Assembly: GCA_016936115.1 (NCBI GenBank)
Contig: JAFGPQ010000037.1
Coordinates: forward strand, 3,897-67,896
Length of the DNA stretch: 64,000 nucleotides
Direction: 5' to 3'
DNA from: Spirochaetales bacterium
GTDB lineage: Bacteria > Spirochaetota > Spirochaetia > DSM-2461
A program made the translations under genes and the position numbers. Positions within the stretch are counted from its first letter, which is position 1. Each line of letters opens with the position of its first letter. The notes under the pieces are model-generated. The model was not told the DNA's origin, did not search any database, and was given only the letters and a program-made list of their open reading frames with translations. Shown here one piece after another: positions 36,665 to 46,376 of this stretch.

Positions 36665-38047
36665 ATGATGCCTTTCATGGAAAAGTTAGGAACCTTTCTG
36701 ACAAGGAGAAAGCCTCTTCTCTCCCTTATCATATCTCTTTCCCTGCCCGCCATTGGAGAGATGGCCCTGAATACCATGCTCGGGGTCAGCGACACCATTA
36801 TGATCAGCCGATTCATCGGCAAGGAAGCCCTGGCGGCGGTGGGCTTCGCCAATCAGATCGTGTTCACCTTCATCTTTGTTTTCTCTTCTTTCAATACGGG
36901 GGCCGTGGCCCTCATCTCCCGCAGTCTGGGGGAACAGAATTTCGTCAAACTGAAGCGCTACGCCGAACAGAACGTGAACCTGAACCTGGTGATAGGCATC
37001 GTTGTCATGCTTCTCTCTCTTCTCTTCAGCGGTTCCCTCTTGAGCATCTTTGAAACCACCGAAGAGATTTACCGGGATTCCCTGCTCTACTTCCGCATCA
37101 TTCTGGCCGGTTTCATTCCCCTGTTCCTGAGCTTTTCCTTTGCCGCCACCCTGCGCGGCTCGGGGAATACCATGACCCCCATGATCATTACGGGGATCGC
37201 CAATATTACCAATATCATAGGAAATTACGTGCTGATTCTGGGTGTCGGCCCTTTTCCCCGACTGGGAGTCGCCGGGGCGGCCTGGGCCACGTCCGGTTCC
37301 CGCCTGCTGGGAATGCTTCTCTATATCTATGTTATTTATGTAAGGAAAAGCCGGTTCCAGCTGAAGTTCCGCTTCTTCTTTGAGAAAACAATTATCCGGC
37401 CCCTCTGGAAGATCAGTCTGCCCGGTGCGGTGGAGCAGGCCCTGATGCAGCTCTCCTTCCTGACCATGGCGGTGATTGTCTCCCGCCTGGATACGGTGTC
37501 CGAAGCGGCCTTTCGCATTCTCATTCAGATCGAGTCCCTTTCCTTTATGCCAGCCATCGGCCTCTCCATCGCCACGGCGACCCTGGTAGGCAAGGCTCTG
37601 GGAGAAAAGGATACCCAGAAAGCTATGGAAACGGGTTACCTTTCCGTGACCATGGGTGTGGTGTGGGCCCTGTTTATCGGGGGGATTTTCATATCCTTTC
37701 CCCGGTTCATCATCGGGCTGTTCTCCACCGAGTCTGTCATTATTATGACCGGGGCGGCGGTGATGCTCTTTCTGGGGTTAAACCAGATAGGTCTGACCTT
37801 CAACATTATCATGGGCGGTGTTCTGCGGGGCGCCGGAGACACAAGGACCGTCATGGTAAACACGATCCTGCGTCTCTGGTTGATATTCATCCCCCTGGCC
37901 TACGTCTTCGTCATCAATATGAATACGGGCCTGGCCGGCGTCTGGTATGCGGAGATGGCTTCCTTCGCCGTCTTCGCCACCCTGCTCCTGCTGCGTTTCT
38001 TCGGACGAAAGTGGACCATGATCCAGGTGGAAGAGGAACACGCCTAA
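36665..38047 (+). CDS. MATE family efflux transporter
   Basis: 460-aa ORF with 12 TM helices and a typical MATE N-terminus LSLPAIGEMALNTMLGVSDTIMISR. Confidence 0.88.
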   Translation: MMPFMEKLGTFLTRRKPLLSLIISLSLPAIGEMALNTMLGVSDTIMISRFIGKEALAAVGFANQIVFTFIFVFSSFNTGAVALISRSLGEQNFVKLKRYAEQNVNLNLVIGIVVMLLSLLFSGSLLSIFETTEEIYRDSLLYFRIILAGFIPLFLSFSFAATLRGSGNTMTPMIITGIANITNIIGNYVLILGVGPFPRLGVAGAAWATSGSRLLGMLLYIYVIYVRKSRFQLKFRFFFEKTIIRPLWKISLPGAVEQALMQLSFLTMAVIVSRLDTVSEAAFRILIQIESLSFMPAIGLSIATATLVGKALGEKDTQKAMETGYLSVTMGVVWALFIGGIFISFPRFIIGLFSTESVIIMTGAAVMLFLGLNQIGLTFNIIMGGVLRGAGDTRTVMVNTILRLWLIFIPLAYVFVINMNTGLAGVWYAEMASFAVFATLLLLRFFGRKWTMIQVEEEHA

Positions 38048-38078
38048 GGACTCCTTCCTTCGGAATATTCGTTTACGC

Positions 38079-38108
38079 TTGACAATACGAACGAACACTT
38101 GTTAGTAT
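38079..38108 (+). promoter_or_regulatory. sigma70-like promoter TTGACA-N18-TAGTAT, 6 nt from the tetR GTG, with an embedded inverted repeat AATACGAAC-N8-GTTAGTATT
   Basis: Read directly from the sequence. There is no room for an SD. The inverted repeat (8 of 9 bases) spans the spacer and the -10 box, which fits a TetR operator. Confidence 0.45.
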
Positions 38109-38114
38109 TATATC

Positions 38115-38723
38115 GTGACCGAGGAAAGCAGCACAAAAGAACTCATCAGAGAAGCCGCGGTGGATCTCTTCGCCGCAAAGGGATTCAAGGGAGCCTCTGT
38201 TCGGGATATAGCGCGCCGGGTAGGGATTAAGGAGAGCTCCCTCTACAACCATTACAAGGGAAAAGCCGCCATTCTGGAAAGCATTCTGGAGTATCAGCTG
38301 GAGGGGATCAACCGGGCCATGCTCTCGAGAGAGGAGATGGACGCCTTTGCCGCCGGCGAATCGGATCCGGTAAAACTCTGGCTTCGGGGGGTTGCCTTCT
38401 ACTCTTCCCGGCTCCCCCGGCTGACCGGAAAAATCAACCGCATCATACATAACGAAATGTACCTGGATGAAAAATGCCGCCGTTTTTTTGTAGACCACAT
38501 CCTCGAAAGACAGATCGATCTGACGGTCATTCTACTGGGGGATCTGGTGGATCGGGGCATGATAAGGGAATGCCCCCTGGTTCAGACGGCGGAAAGATAT
38601 GTGTTTATGCTGCACGGGCTGGCCCAGATCAGCACCATTTATGAAATTGATTTAAAAAGGGATGGGGATATTCAGAACAGGATTGTCGAACACATGGCCT
38701 CCTTTATCGAGGGGCTAACCTAA
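38115..38723 (+). CDS. TetR/AcrR family transcriptional regulator
   Basis: 202 aa. HTH ASVRDIARRVGIKESSLYNHYKGK. GTG is the first possible start after an in-frame TAG. Confidence 0.88.
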   Translation: MTEESSTKELIREAAVDLFAAKGFKGASVRDIARRVGIKESSLYNHYKGKAAILESILEYQLEGINRAMLSREEMDAFAAGESDPVKLWLRGVAFYSSRLPRLTGKINRIIHNEMYLDEKCRRFFVDHILERQIDLTVILLGDLVDRGMIRECPLVQTAERYVFMLHGLAQISTIYEIDLKRDGDIQNRIVEHMASFIEGLT

Positions 38724-38734
38724 GGAGAACAGTT

Positions 38735-39229
38735 ATGAAAGGAATTATCGTTTACAAGTCGAATTACGGTTCCACTGAGCAGTACGCCCGATGGATTGAA
38801 GAGGAGACAAAATTTCCCTGCCTGGAAGCTAAACGGGTGAAGAAGGCCGACCTGGAAGCAACGGATACGGTCATTGTGGGATGCCCGATTTATGCGGCGA
38901 ATCCCCTCCTTGCCAAATGGTTGAACAAGAACTGGCCTCTGCTCAGGGACAAGAAGATTCTCTTCTATACCACCTCCGGCGCACCCGGGGATGATCCCAA
39001 TCTCATCAAAGGCTACGAAAAGGCTCTCGGCGAAGAGATCCGCAGCAAGATCAGCTATTTCCCCCTGGGGGGACGGATGAGATTCGAGGACCTGAAGCCC
39101 TTCATGAAATTCATGATGAATATGGTTAAAAAGATGACCAAGGATCCGGTGGAGCGGGAGGAAATCACAGCCGATTTCGACCGGATGGACCGGAAAGGGC
39201 TCAAACCCCTTCTCGCCGCCCTGAATTGA
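38735..39229 (+). CDS. flavodoxin-domain protein
   Basis: 164 aa. MKGIIVYKSNYGSTEQYA FMN-phosphate loop. SD AAGGAG upstream. Confidence 0.78.
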   Translation: MKGIIVYKSNYGSTEQYARWIEEETKFPCLEAKRVKKADLEATDTVIVGCPIYAANPLLAKWLNKNWPLLRDKKILFYTTSGAPGDDPNLIKGYEKALGEEIRSKISYFPLGGRMRFEDLKPFMKFMMNMVKKMTKDPVEREEITADFDRMDRKGLKPLLAALN

Positions 39230-39238
39230 CAGGTTCCT

Positions 39239-39269
39239 AAAAAAGAGGACCCCGACAATGTCGGGGTCC
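39239..39269 (-). terminator. rho-independent terminator after the mglBAC-like operon
   Basis: Minus strand reads GGACCCCGA-CATTG-TCGGGGTCC followed by TCTTTTTT. Confidence 0.75.
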
Positions 39270-39334
39270 CGCAGCTTAAGGAAGTTTTGTATGAAAAACG
39301 GCTGTCGGGAGCTAACGGACTCCCGTCAACCAAA

Positions 39335-40369
39335 TTAGGACTTCTTGAGATACTTCTTCGTATCCAGGGATACGGCGGCCACGATGATAACACCCTTGAT
39401 AATGTACTGGTAGTACATATCCATTCCCACAAAGGTCATTCCGTAGTTGATGATGGTGAAGAGCAGAACACCGATGATCGCACCGGAGACTTTTCCGATA
39501 CCACCGGAGAAGGAGATACCCCCCACAACACAGGCGGCGATGGCGTCAAGCTCGTATCCGAACCCGGTACCGTTGTTGGCGCTTCCGATACGGGCGGCTT
39601 CCAGGAAGCCGCCGATACCGTACAGAAGACCGGCCAGCACGTAGACCATAACAGTGGTTCTGAGCACGTTAACACCGGAAACCTTGGCCGCTTCCGGGTT
39701 TCCGCCCACGGCGTACATGTTCTTTCCGAAGGTGGTCTTGTTCCAGAGAATCCAGACAATAACAGAGATTACCAGGGCATAGATAACCAGATTGGGAATC
39801 CCCAGTGTGCTCCCGATAACGAAATCGGTATAGCGCTCATCGTATCCGCCGATGGGCTGGGGGCCCGGGTCGCCGGAAGCGAAGTAGATAGAAAGGATTC
39901 CGTAAACGGCGATCATCATACCCATAGTGGCCAGGAAGGGGTGAATCTGGAACTTGGCGACCACCAGACCGTTGATACCGCTAAAGATGGCGATAACCAC
40001 CATGGCGATGAGAAGGGGCACCACCAGGGGAACCGGCTTCATGTCCGTATAAAATCGCGCGGCGTAATCGGTCCGCTGCAGCATGGACGCGGAGATAACC
40101 GCGGCAAAGCCGACGAAACGGCCCAGACTCAGGTCGGTGCCCTGAAGTATGATGATACCGCCCACTCCGAAAGCCAGAATCAGTCTGACCGAAGACTGGG
40201 TCAGAATATTCTTGAAAACGGTCAGGGAAAGGAATGCCGGCTCTTTGACGATAACGGCGATGATAATACCCACCAGTACGATGTTGATGGCGTTGTTTAT
40301 CAGGAATTCCTTCCATTCTTCGCTCGACTTGGCGAAAAACCCTTTGCGGGCTTCTAACGTATTGCTCAC
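39335..40369 (-). CDS. mglC: sugar ABC transporter permease (CUT2, MglC-like)
   Basis: 344-aa ORF with about 10 TM helices. Last gene of the binding protein-ATPase-permease operon. Confidence 0.85.
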   Translation of the reverse strand: MSNTLEARKGFFAKSSEEWKEFLINNAINIVLVGIIIAVIVKEPAFLSLTVFKNILTQSSVRLILAFGVGGIIILQGTDLSLGRFVGFAAVISASMLQRTDYAARFYTDMKPVPLVVPLLIAMVVIAIFSGINGLVVAKFQIHPFLATMGMMIAVYGILSIYFASGDPGPQPIGGYDERYTDFVIGSTLGIPNLVIYALVISVIVWILWNKTTFGKNMYAVGGNPEAAKVSGVNVLRTTVMVYVLAGLLYGIGGFLEAARIGSANNGTGFGYELDAIAACVVGGISFSGGIGKVSGAIIGVLLFTIINYGMTFVGMDMYYQYIIKGVIIVAAVSLDTKKYLKKS

Positions 40370-41889
40370 GCTCCTACCTCTCTATTTTTCGTTAAATGCA
40401 TGGACGCCAGATGGAAAATCTCCGTCTGGGTCGTTTCTTCCGTATTCACGATGCCGGCCATATAGCCGTTGCTCATGACCATGATCCGGTTGGTCAGCCC
40501 CAGAAGCTCGGGCATTTCCGAGGAAACCACGATAACCGATTTCCCCTTCCGGGCCAGCTCGATGATAAGCTGATAGATCTCATATTTGGCACCCACGTCG
40601 ATACCCCGGGTGGGTTCGTCCATGAGCAGGATATCCGGATCGGTCAGGAGCCAGCGGCCGATGATGACCTTCTGCTGGTTACCTCCCGAAAGGGATCGGA
40701 TGAGTTCCCGGCGGTTGGGAGTCTTGATCCTCATGTTCTTGATCTGCAGGTCCGTGTCGTCCTTCATTTTCTTGTCGATCAGCCAGCCCGCTTTGTTCTT
40801 ATACTTCTCCACATTGGCGATGGTGGAGTTGAAGGTGATGTCAGCCACGGGATAAATACCGGTCTCCCGTCTCTCCTCGGTCAGCAGTGCGAAACCGTTC
40901 CGTATCGCCTTGTGGGGGGTCCCGTTGTCGATCAGCTTACCGTCAACGAAGACTTCGCCGGACCGTTTCGTCCGGGCGCCGAAGATAGCTTCGATCATTT
41001 CTGTACGCCCCGCGCCGACCAGACCGGCCACACCCAGGATCTCGCCCCGGCGCAGCTCGAAATCGATGTCATGAACATAGGGAGCGAAGCGGGTGGAGAG
41101 GTTCTTCACGGCCAGATGAACTTCACCGGGTACATTGGTCTTGGGGGGAAAGCGGTGCTCCAGATCCCGGCCAACCATCATGTTCACGATGGATTCCATG
41201 GTCAGATCCTCTATGGCTTCCGTCCCGATGTAGCTGCCGTCCCTCAGAACGGTCACTTCGTCGGATATTTCGAAAATCTCCTCCATTTTGTGAGAGATAT
41301 AAACAATTCCCACGCCTTCCGACTTGAGGAGACGAACTATTTCAAAAAGTTTCTGCACTTCGTTCTCGGTAAGAGAGGAAGTGGGCTCGTCCAGTACGAT
41401 GATTTTGGCATCGTAAGAAACGGCCTTGGCGATTTCGACCATCTGTCTCTGGGAAACGGAAAGCTTGTTCAACGTGATCCGGGGATCCACATCCATTCCG
41501 AGACGGTCGAAGAGGGCCTGGGTGTCGCTGTGCATTTTCTTCTCGTCCACGAACACTCTGCCCGTGGGATAGCGGCCCAGCCATATATTATCGGTTACGG
41601 TTCTTTGAAGAACCTGATTCAGCTCCTGGTGAACCATGGAAACCCCGTTCTCCAGGGCGTGCTTGGGATCGGTAAAGTTAAATTCCTCCCCTTCGAGAAA
41701 GAACTGCCCCTTATCCTGCCTGTAGATACCAAAGAGACATTTCATGAGGGTGGATTTACCGGCTCCGTTCTCTCCCATGAGAGAGTGTACGGTCCCTTTT
41801 CGGACGTTTAGGCAAACGTCTTTCAAAACCTGGACACCGGAGAAGGACTTGCATACGCCTTGTATACTCAAAAGGTAATCTTTTTCCAA
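40366..41889 (-). CDS. mglA: sugar ABC transporter ATP-binding protein with duplicated ABC domains (MglA-like)
   Basis: 507 aa. Walker [10 protein letters not shown], signature LSVSQRQ and [11 protein letters not shown] start. Confidence 0.9.
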   Translation of the reverse strand: MEKDYLLSIQGVCKSFSGVQVLKDVCLNVRKGTVHSLMGENGAGKSTLMKCLFGIYRQDKGQFFLEGEEFNFTDPKHALENGVSMVHQELNQVLQRTVTDNIWLGRYPTGRVFVDEKKMHSDTQALFDRLGMDVDPRITLNKLSVSQRQMVEIAKAVSYDAKIIVLDEPTSSLTENEVQKLFEIVRLLKSEGVGIVYISHKMEEIFEISDEVTVLRDGSYIGTEAIEDLTMESIVNMMVGRDLEHRFPPKTNVPGEVHLAVKNLSTRFAPYVHDIDFELRRGEILGVAGLVGAGRTEMIEAIFGARTKRSGEVFVDGKLIDNGTPHKAIRNGFALLTEERRETGIYPVADITFNSTIANVEKYKNKAGWLIDKKMKDDTDLQIKNMRIKTPNRRELIRSLSGGNQQKVIIGRWLLTDPDILLMDEPTRGIDVGAKYEIYQLIIELARKGKSVIVVSSEMPELLGLTNRIMVMSNGYMAGIVNTEETTQTEIFHLASMHLTKNREVGA

Positions 41890-41930
41890 AAGTCTCTACT
41901 CCAAAATTATTCTGTTATTCATATTCAGCG

Positions 41931-41958
41931 AAAAAACGCCGGAGCCTGAGCTCCGACG
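41931..41958 (-). terminator. intercistronic hairpin plus U-tract between mglB and mglA (partial terminator/attenuator)
   Basis: Minus strand reads CGTCGGAGC-TCAG-GCTCCGGCG followed by TTTTTTCG. Confidence 0.55.
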
Positions 41959-41979
41959 TTTTCTAAAACATTACGAGGC

Positions 41980-42990
41980 TTATCTGAAATCCTGATAGTT
42001 CTCAGGAGTTACAGCAACGTAGGGAACACGGACAGCCTTGGTGTCGGCATTGTCGATCTTCCAGTTGGTGCCGGCCACGATATCCATACCCTTGGCAGCG
42101 TTGATTGCCAGGTCGATGGTGGCTCTAGCCTGGTTCTTACCGTCGTTAAGTACGGTTCCGTCCAGCTCGCCGTCTTCGATGTGGGTCAGAGCCTGATCCA
42201 GAGCGTCTACGGAATAGATGGGAAGTCTTACGCCGGCGGCCTTCATAGCGGTGATTGCACCGAAGCCCATGCCGTCGTTGTTACAGATAACCAGCTCGAT
42301 GTCCTTGGCGAAACCGGAGGTCAGCCATGCGGCCATCTTGTCGTTACCGAACTGGGTAGACCAGTTGGGGTCTGCTTCGAGTGCCAGCTGCTGAACGCCG
42401 ATACCCGCATCGGTGAAAGCCTTAACGGAGTATTTGGTTCTTGCTTCGGCATCGGGATGTCCGGGCTCGCCCTTGAGCATGACGTACTGTACTTTGCCGT
42501 CGCCGTTCAGGTCCCATGCGGGGTTGGCTTTCCAGTCGGCAACCATCATTTCGCCCTGGATAACACCGGACTCGGCGGAGTTGGTTCCCACGTACCAAAC
42601 CTTGTCGTATGCCTTCATAGCACCGGCTTCGGTGGCTTCCTTGTTGAAGAGGATGAGGGGGATGTCGGCTTTCTTGGCCTTGGCAATAATGGTGGAAGCT
42701 GCGGCGGGGTCAACCAGGTTGATCGCCAGAGCGTCTACTTTCTTGGTGATGAAGATGTCTACCTGGTCGTTCAGCTTAGCCTGCTGACCTTCGGAGTCAA
42801 CGATATCGATGACCACACCCTTGGCGGCTGCGTAGCTTTCGAGTTCGGGCTTGATAGCGCCGTTCATAAAATTGTCCTGGAAGTTGTAGATGTTACAACC
42901 GATGGTGATGGTTCCGTCATCCTTTCCGTTTGCGGAAACGAAAGTAGCTACCGTAAGCAGTACAAGGCACAAAAGCAATGCTTTTTTCAT
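41980..42990 (-). CDS. mglB: galactose/glucose ABC transporter substrate-binding protein (MglB-like)
   Basis: 336 aa with a signal peptide. IYNFQDNFMN and VDALAINLVDPAAASTIIAKAKKADIPLILFNKE closely follow my recollection of E. coli MglB. Confidence 0.88.
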   Translation of the reverse strand: MKKALLLCLVLLTVATFVSANGKDDGTITIGCNIYNFQDNFMNGAIKPELESYAAAKGVVIDIVDSEGQQAKLNDQVDIFITKKVDALAINLVDPAAASTIIAKAKKADIPLILFNKEATEAGAMKAYDKVWYVGTNSAESGVIQGEMMVADWKANPAWDLNGDGKVQYVMLKGEPGHPDAEARTKYSVKAFTDAGIGVQQLALEADPNWSTQFGNDKMAAWLTSGFAKDIELVICNNDGMGFGAITAMKAAGVRLPIYSVDALDQALTHIEDGELDGTVLNDGKNQARATIDLAINAAKGMDIVAGTNWKIDNADTKAVRVPYVAVTPENYQDFR

Positions 42991-43010
42991 TAAATCAATC
43001 TCCTTATTCG

Positions 43011-43030
43011 CTTTTCCCGGCCGGGAAAAG
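43011..43030. other. perfect 20-bp palindrome CTTTTCCCGGCCGGGAAAAG in the mglB 5' UTR
   Basis: Located 20 nt upstream of the mglB ATG, just 5' of the SD AAGGAG. No U-tract follows. Confidence 0.6.
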
Positions 43031-43175
43031 TTAAAATGATTAAACGCGGACCCACTGTCCGCTGCTCGCCTTAAATCGTACCACCGAATAGGGAGTAAAC
43101 AATGTGATATTTTCCATCTTTTTTGTAAGATACGTGAAAAAAGGACAAAAACAAGCGTTTTTTCAGAAAAAATAC

Positions 43176-43769
43176 TCAGGTCATTTTTACGAGATACTTC
43201 AGAAGACTGCCCTTCTCTACGGCAACGTAATCCCGGAAATCATCAAAGTCTTCCTTTGTTTCCGACGCGGCTCCCGAGAGTATGAGAACCCGGTTTGTCC
43301 AGCGGAACCACAGGAAGTGGCGAGCCATCTGGGATTTGCCGTCCAGAACCCTGCGGGCGGAGAGCTGGGTGTCCAGGGCGCTGTCCAGTTCGATATGGTT
43401 GGCCGTGCCCGTAATGTAGTATACCGATTTGTCGGTCATGATGGAAATGACGCAGCGTGTGAATCCCTCGGCCAGGGCGTCGTCGTTGCGGAACCCTTCC
43501 AGTTTCAGATCCACCGATCCCAGACGCAGGTTGTACCCCTGGTGGCGCAGGTTTTTCCGCAGTTCCACCAGCTGGCTCCGGACTTCCCTGTGCACGTCCG
43601 GATTGGACCGGTTCTGTTCCAATTTATGGCGCAGACGACGGAGCATGGGTTCATACTGATTGAAGATTTTCGTATGGTTCGAAAGAAAAATCGTCGTATC
43701 GGACATGAGAGTCCATACGGAGACGAAAGATTCCTGAATATTATTTAGGGCCGATCTGATATTCGCCAT
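43176..43769 (-). CDS. hypothetical protein (197 aa)
   Basis: A helical, basic N-terminal half (RRLRHKLEQNRSNPDVHREVRSQLVELRKNLRH) and a mixed alpha/beta C-terminal half. A TATAAT and SD GGGAG lie upstream. No family recognised. Confidence 0.55.
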   Translation of the reverse strand: MANIRSALNNIQESFVSVWTLMSDTTIFLSNHTKIFNQYEPMLRRLRHKLEQNRSNPDVHREVRSQLVELRKNLRHQGYNLRLGSVDLKLEGFRNDDALAEGFTRCVISIMTDKSVYYITGTANHIELDSALDTQLSARRVLDGKSQMARHFLWFRWTNRVLILSGAASETKEDFDDFRDYVAVEKGSLLKYLVKMT

Positions 43770-43789
43770 GGTTTCAACTTTTCTCCCTT

Positions 43790-43803
43790 TTGATTATAAT
43801 CAA
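43790..43803. promoter_or_regulatory. perfect 14-bp palindrome TTGATTATAATCAA containing TATAAT, in a divergent promoter region
   Basis: Lies between the 197-aa ORF (minus strand) and the metallophosphoesterase gene (plus strand). Confidence 0.45.
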
Positions 43804-43837
43804 TTAGAAGAAAAAAGAAAGTAGGTAGTAATATTTT

Positions 43838-44566
43838 ATGAGAGCTATGGTTCTGTCCGACATTCACGGCAACGAGGAGGCCCTCTCCTCGGTCCTGAAA
43901 GAAGCGGCGGATCTGGATTGGCAGGAGATATGGTTCCTGGGAGACCTGTGCGGCTACGGCCCGAACAGCGTCATGTGTCTGGAGATCCTCAAGAAATATA
44001 AGGTGGTCTTTCTGACCGGCAACCACGACCTGTACATGACCGGAGACATGGACAAGGATTTTTTCTCCGATATGGCCCGGATCGCCCTGATCATAGGAAG
44101 AGCCCATACCACACCGGAATTGCTGAGTTTCCTCTCCCACCAGCCTCCCCGGAATATTTACAGAGGGTATGATCTTGTCCACGGCTGTCCCCAGGACCCG
44201 GCGGGGCAGTATATTCTGAGCGCGAAAGACGCCCGCCGGAATCTGCCCCACGCCCGGAAGAAGATCGTTCTCTACGGGCACAGCCACCTTCAGGAGTACT
44301 ACGATCTGACGGATAAAAAGAACGTGGACCACTATTCTCCCGGCAGGGAGACCATCTGCTTCAGGGGAAAGCGGATGATGATTAATCCGGGAAGCGTGGG
44401 ACAGCCCCGGGACGGGGACAACCGGGCGGCCTGGGGTCTGATAGATACGAAAACAAAAGAGTTCTCTTTCTATCGAACCCCCTACGATTATACAGTGACC
44501 CAGGAGAAAATGAGAGAGCAGGGATATCCCGCTTATCTGATAGAAAGACTGGCCCGGGGACAGTAG
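43838..44566 (+). CDS. metallophosphoesterase (YfcE/MJ0936-like), intact
   Basis: 242 aa with DIHGN, GDLCGYGP, GNHD, GHSH and a GSVGQPRDGD tail. Confidence 0.85.
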   Translation: MRAMVLSDIHGNEEALSSVLKEAADLDWQEIWFLGDLCGYGPNSVMCLEILKKYKVVFLTGNHDLYMTGDMDKDFFSDMARIALIIGRAHTTPELLSFLSHQPPRNIYRGYDLVHGCPQDPAGQYILSAKDARRNLPHARKKIVLYGHSHLQEYYDLTDKKNVDHYSPGRETICFRGKRMMINPGSVGQPRDGDNRAAWGLIDTKTKEFSFYRTPYDYTVTQEKMREQGYPAYLIERLARGQ

Positions 44567-45825
44567 CCGGGCCCCTCGCCCAAATCTCTGATACGGGGAA
44601 TGAGAAAGCCCGTACAACCCGCCGCCAGAACAAGGCCTCCGCCAGCGATATACCACAGACGGGGAGAGGCTAAGTCGAACAGGATTCCCGCCAGTGCCAG
44701 GCTTACGGGAGCGGCCAGGGTCGACAGGCTGGACATAATGGAAAAGACCCTGCCCTGCAGACCTGCGGGAACAGAGCCCTGTATCAAGGCCTGAACTGGG
44801 GACATGCATACGGGAATCATGGATCCGGCAAAGAAAAAGCATATGAGGATCAGGGGAAAGGATTCCGCCGGCAGAAGCCCTGTTGCCAGTACCGCAGAGC
44901 CCGCCCCCAGAATCCCCGCCAGGGATGTGATCATTTTTTTCTTATGCCCCTTGAGGATACCGATGGCCATCCCCCCCGCCATAAAACCGAATCCCGTCAC
45001 ACCGCCCAGGATCCCGAAATCCATCTCATTCCCCGCCAGAACCCTCATGACGAAAATGGGGGACATGGTGAAAACAGGCTGGAAGACAAAATTAACAATA
45101 GTCGATATGGCAAGCATACCGGCCGCCCCCTTCCACGCCCGGATATACCGGAACCCTTCGGCCACCTTAGCCGGAAGATCCTTATCCCAGCCCTTTCCCG
45201 CCTTATCCCACCCATCGGCCTCTTCCCCTATCCCGATAAGACAGAGCGGGACAAGAGCGATCAGAGCCCCCGCCACATCGAGGAGCATGATTATTCCAAA
45301 GCCGCTCCGTCCCATCAAAAGAGCCCCCAGGGGGGGAGTCGCGAACATGACCAGCCCCCGAAGAGTCTGATTCAGTCCGGCGATCCCGATTAACCGGTCC
45401 TTCGGAACCATAAGGGAAGTGGCGGATATCATGGCGTTATGATGAAAGCACCCGGAGAGGGATCTTAAAAAAACAACCGTGAGGACCTGCCATACCACGA
45501 CAGATCCCCACAGGAAAATGCCGGCAAGGACGAGGGATAGGGCCGCCGTAAGGGAATCGGCAAGGATCAGAACGGCTTTTCTGGCGGATCTGTCCACGAT
45601 AGCGCCGATTAGGGGATTCAATAGAGATTCGGGAAGAAGAATTAGGATAGTTCCCAGGCTTAGGATCTTTGCGGAACCCGTTTCCCTCGTCAGCCACCAG
45701 ACGATGGCGAACTGCACTATCCCGCTGCTGAAGAGGGAGAAGAACTGGCCGGCCCAGATGGGATAGAATTTCTTCCTCCATGTGGGGGAAGGGAGATCCG
45801 CTGCACAGGGGAGGCTACCAGCCAT
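44533..45825 (-). CDS. MFS transporter (efflux type)
   Basis: 430 aa with 12 TM helices. Its start overlaps the end of the upstream MarR gene. Its 3' end overlaps the convergent gene by 34 nt. Confidence 0.85.
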   Translation of the reverse strand: MAGSLPCAADLPSPTWRKKFYPIWAGQFFSLFSSGIVQFAIVWWLTRETGSAKILSLGTILILLPESLLNPLIGAIVDRSARKAVLILADSLTAALSLVLAGIFLWGSVVVWQVLTVVFLRSLSGCFHHNAMISATSLMVPKDRLIGIAGLNQTLRGLVMFATPPLGALLMGRSGFGIIMLLDVAGALIALVPLCLIGIGEEADGWDKAGKGWDKDLPAKVAEGFRYIRAWKGAAGMLAISTIVNFVFQPVFTMSPIFVMRVLAGNEMDFGILGGVTGFGFMAGGMAIGILKGHKKKMITSLAGILGAGSAVLATGLLPAESFPLILICFFFAGSMIPVCMSPVQALIQGSVPAGLQGRVFSIMSSLSTLAAPVSLALAGILFDLASPRLWYIAGGGLVLAAGCTGFLIPRIRDLGEGPGYCPRASLSIR

Positions 45826-46270
45826 AACCGTTGCTCTGTGAAATCCTGTTCAGGAGATCGTGCAGGATCTCCTGCTCATCTTCGGAAAGTGCCTCCATGA
45901 GGCTTGAGGTATACTCCAGGGAGCCTTCGCAGGTATCGGAAAAGGCGATCTCCCCCTCCCGGGTGAGCGAGAGAAGCCAATTACGCCGGTCCTTTTCATC
46001 CCTTGACCTGCTAAGGAGCCCCTTTTTCACAAGCCTTTCCGTATACAGGGAAATAGTGCCGGGATTTATCTCCATTTTCTGAGAAAGGGTACGTGAATTG
46101 AGGGGCTGCAGCTGTCCGATCACCATGATGATTCCCATTTCGGACACGGATAGGGAGTCTTTCCGGAGTTTTTTTTCCTTTGCCAGGCGGGCTTCATAGC
46201 TATTGGTAATACTGAATATTATCTGATTCATGCGGATATATTTTTCCGGATTGATTTTTAATGTTCCCAT
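45815..46270 (-). CDS. MarR family transcriptional regulator
   Basis: 151 aa with a winged HTH: LNSRTLSQKMEINPGTISLYTERLVKKGLLSR. Confidence 0.9.
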   Translation of the reverse strand: MGTLKINPEKYIRMNQIIFSITNSYEARLAKEKKLRKDSLSVSEMGIIMVIGQLQPLNSRTLSQKMEINPGTISLYTERLVKKGLLSRSRDEKDRRNWLLSLTREGEIAFSDTCEGSLEYTSSLMEALSEDEQEILHDLLNRISQSNGYGW

Positions 46271-46376
46271 TATGACTCCTCTTTAATTGCATTTTACAAC
46301 CTTTGCATATTACATACGTTATAACCGAATCCCTTTCCTGTCAAGTTTTTCTTACCAAAACGGAATCCCGTCTATA

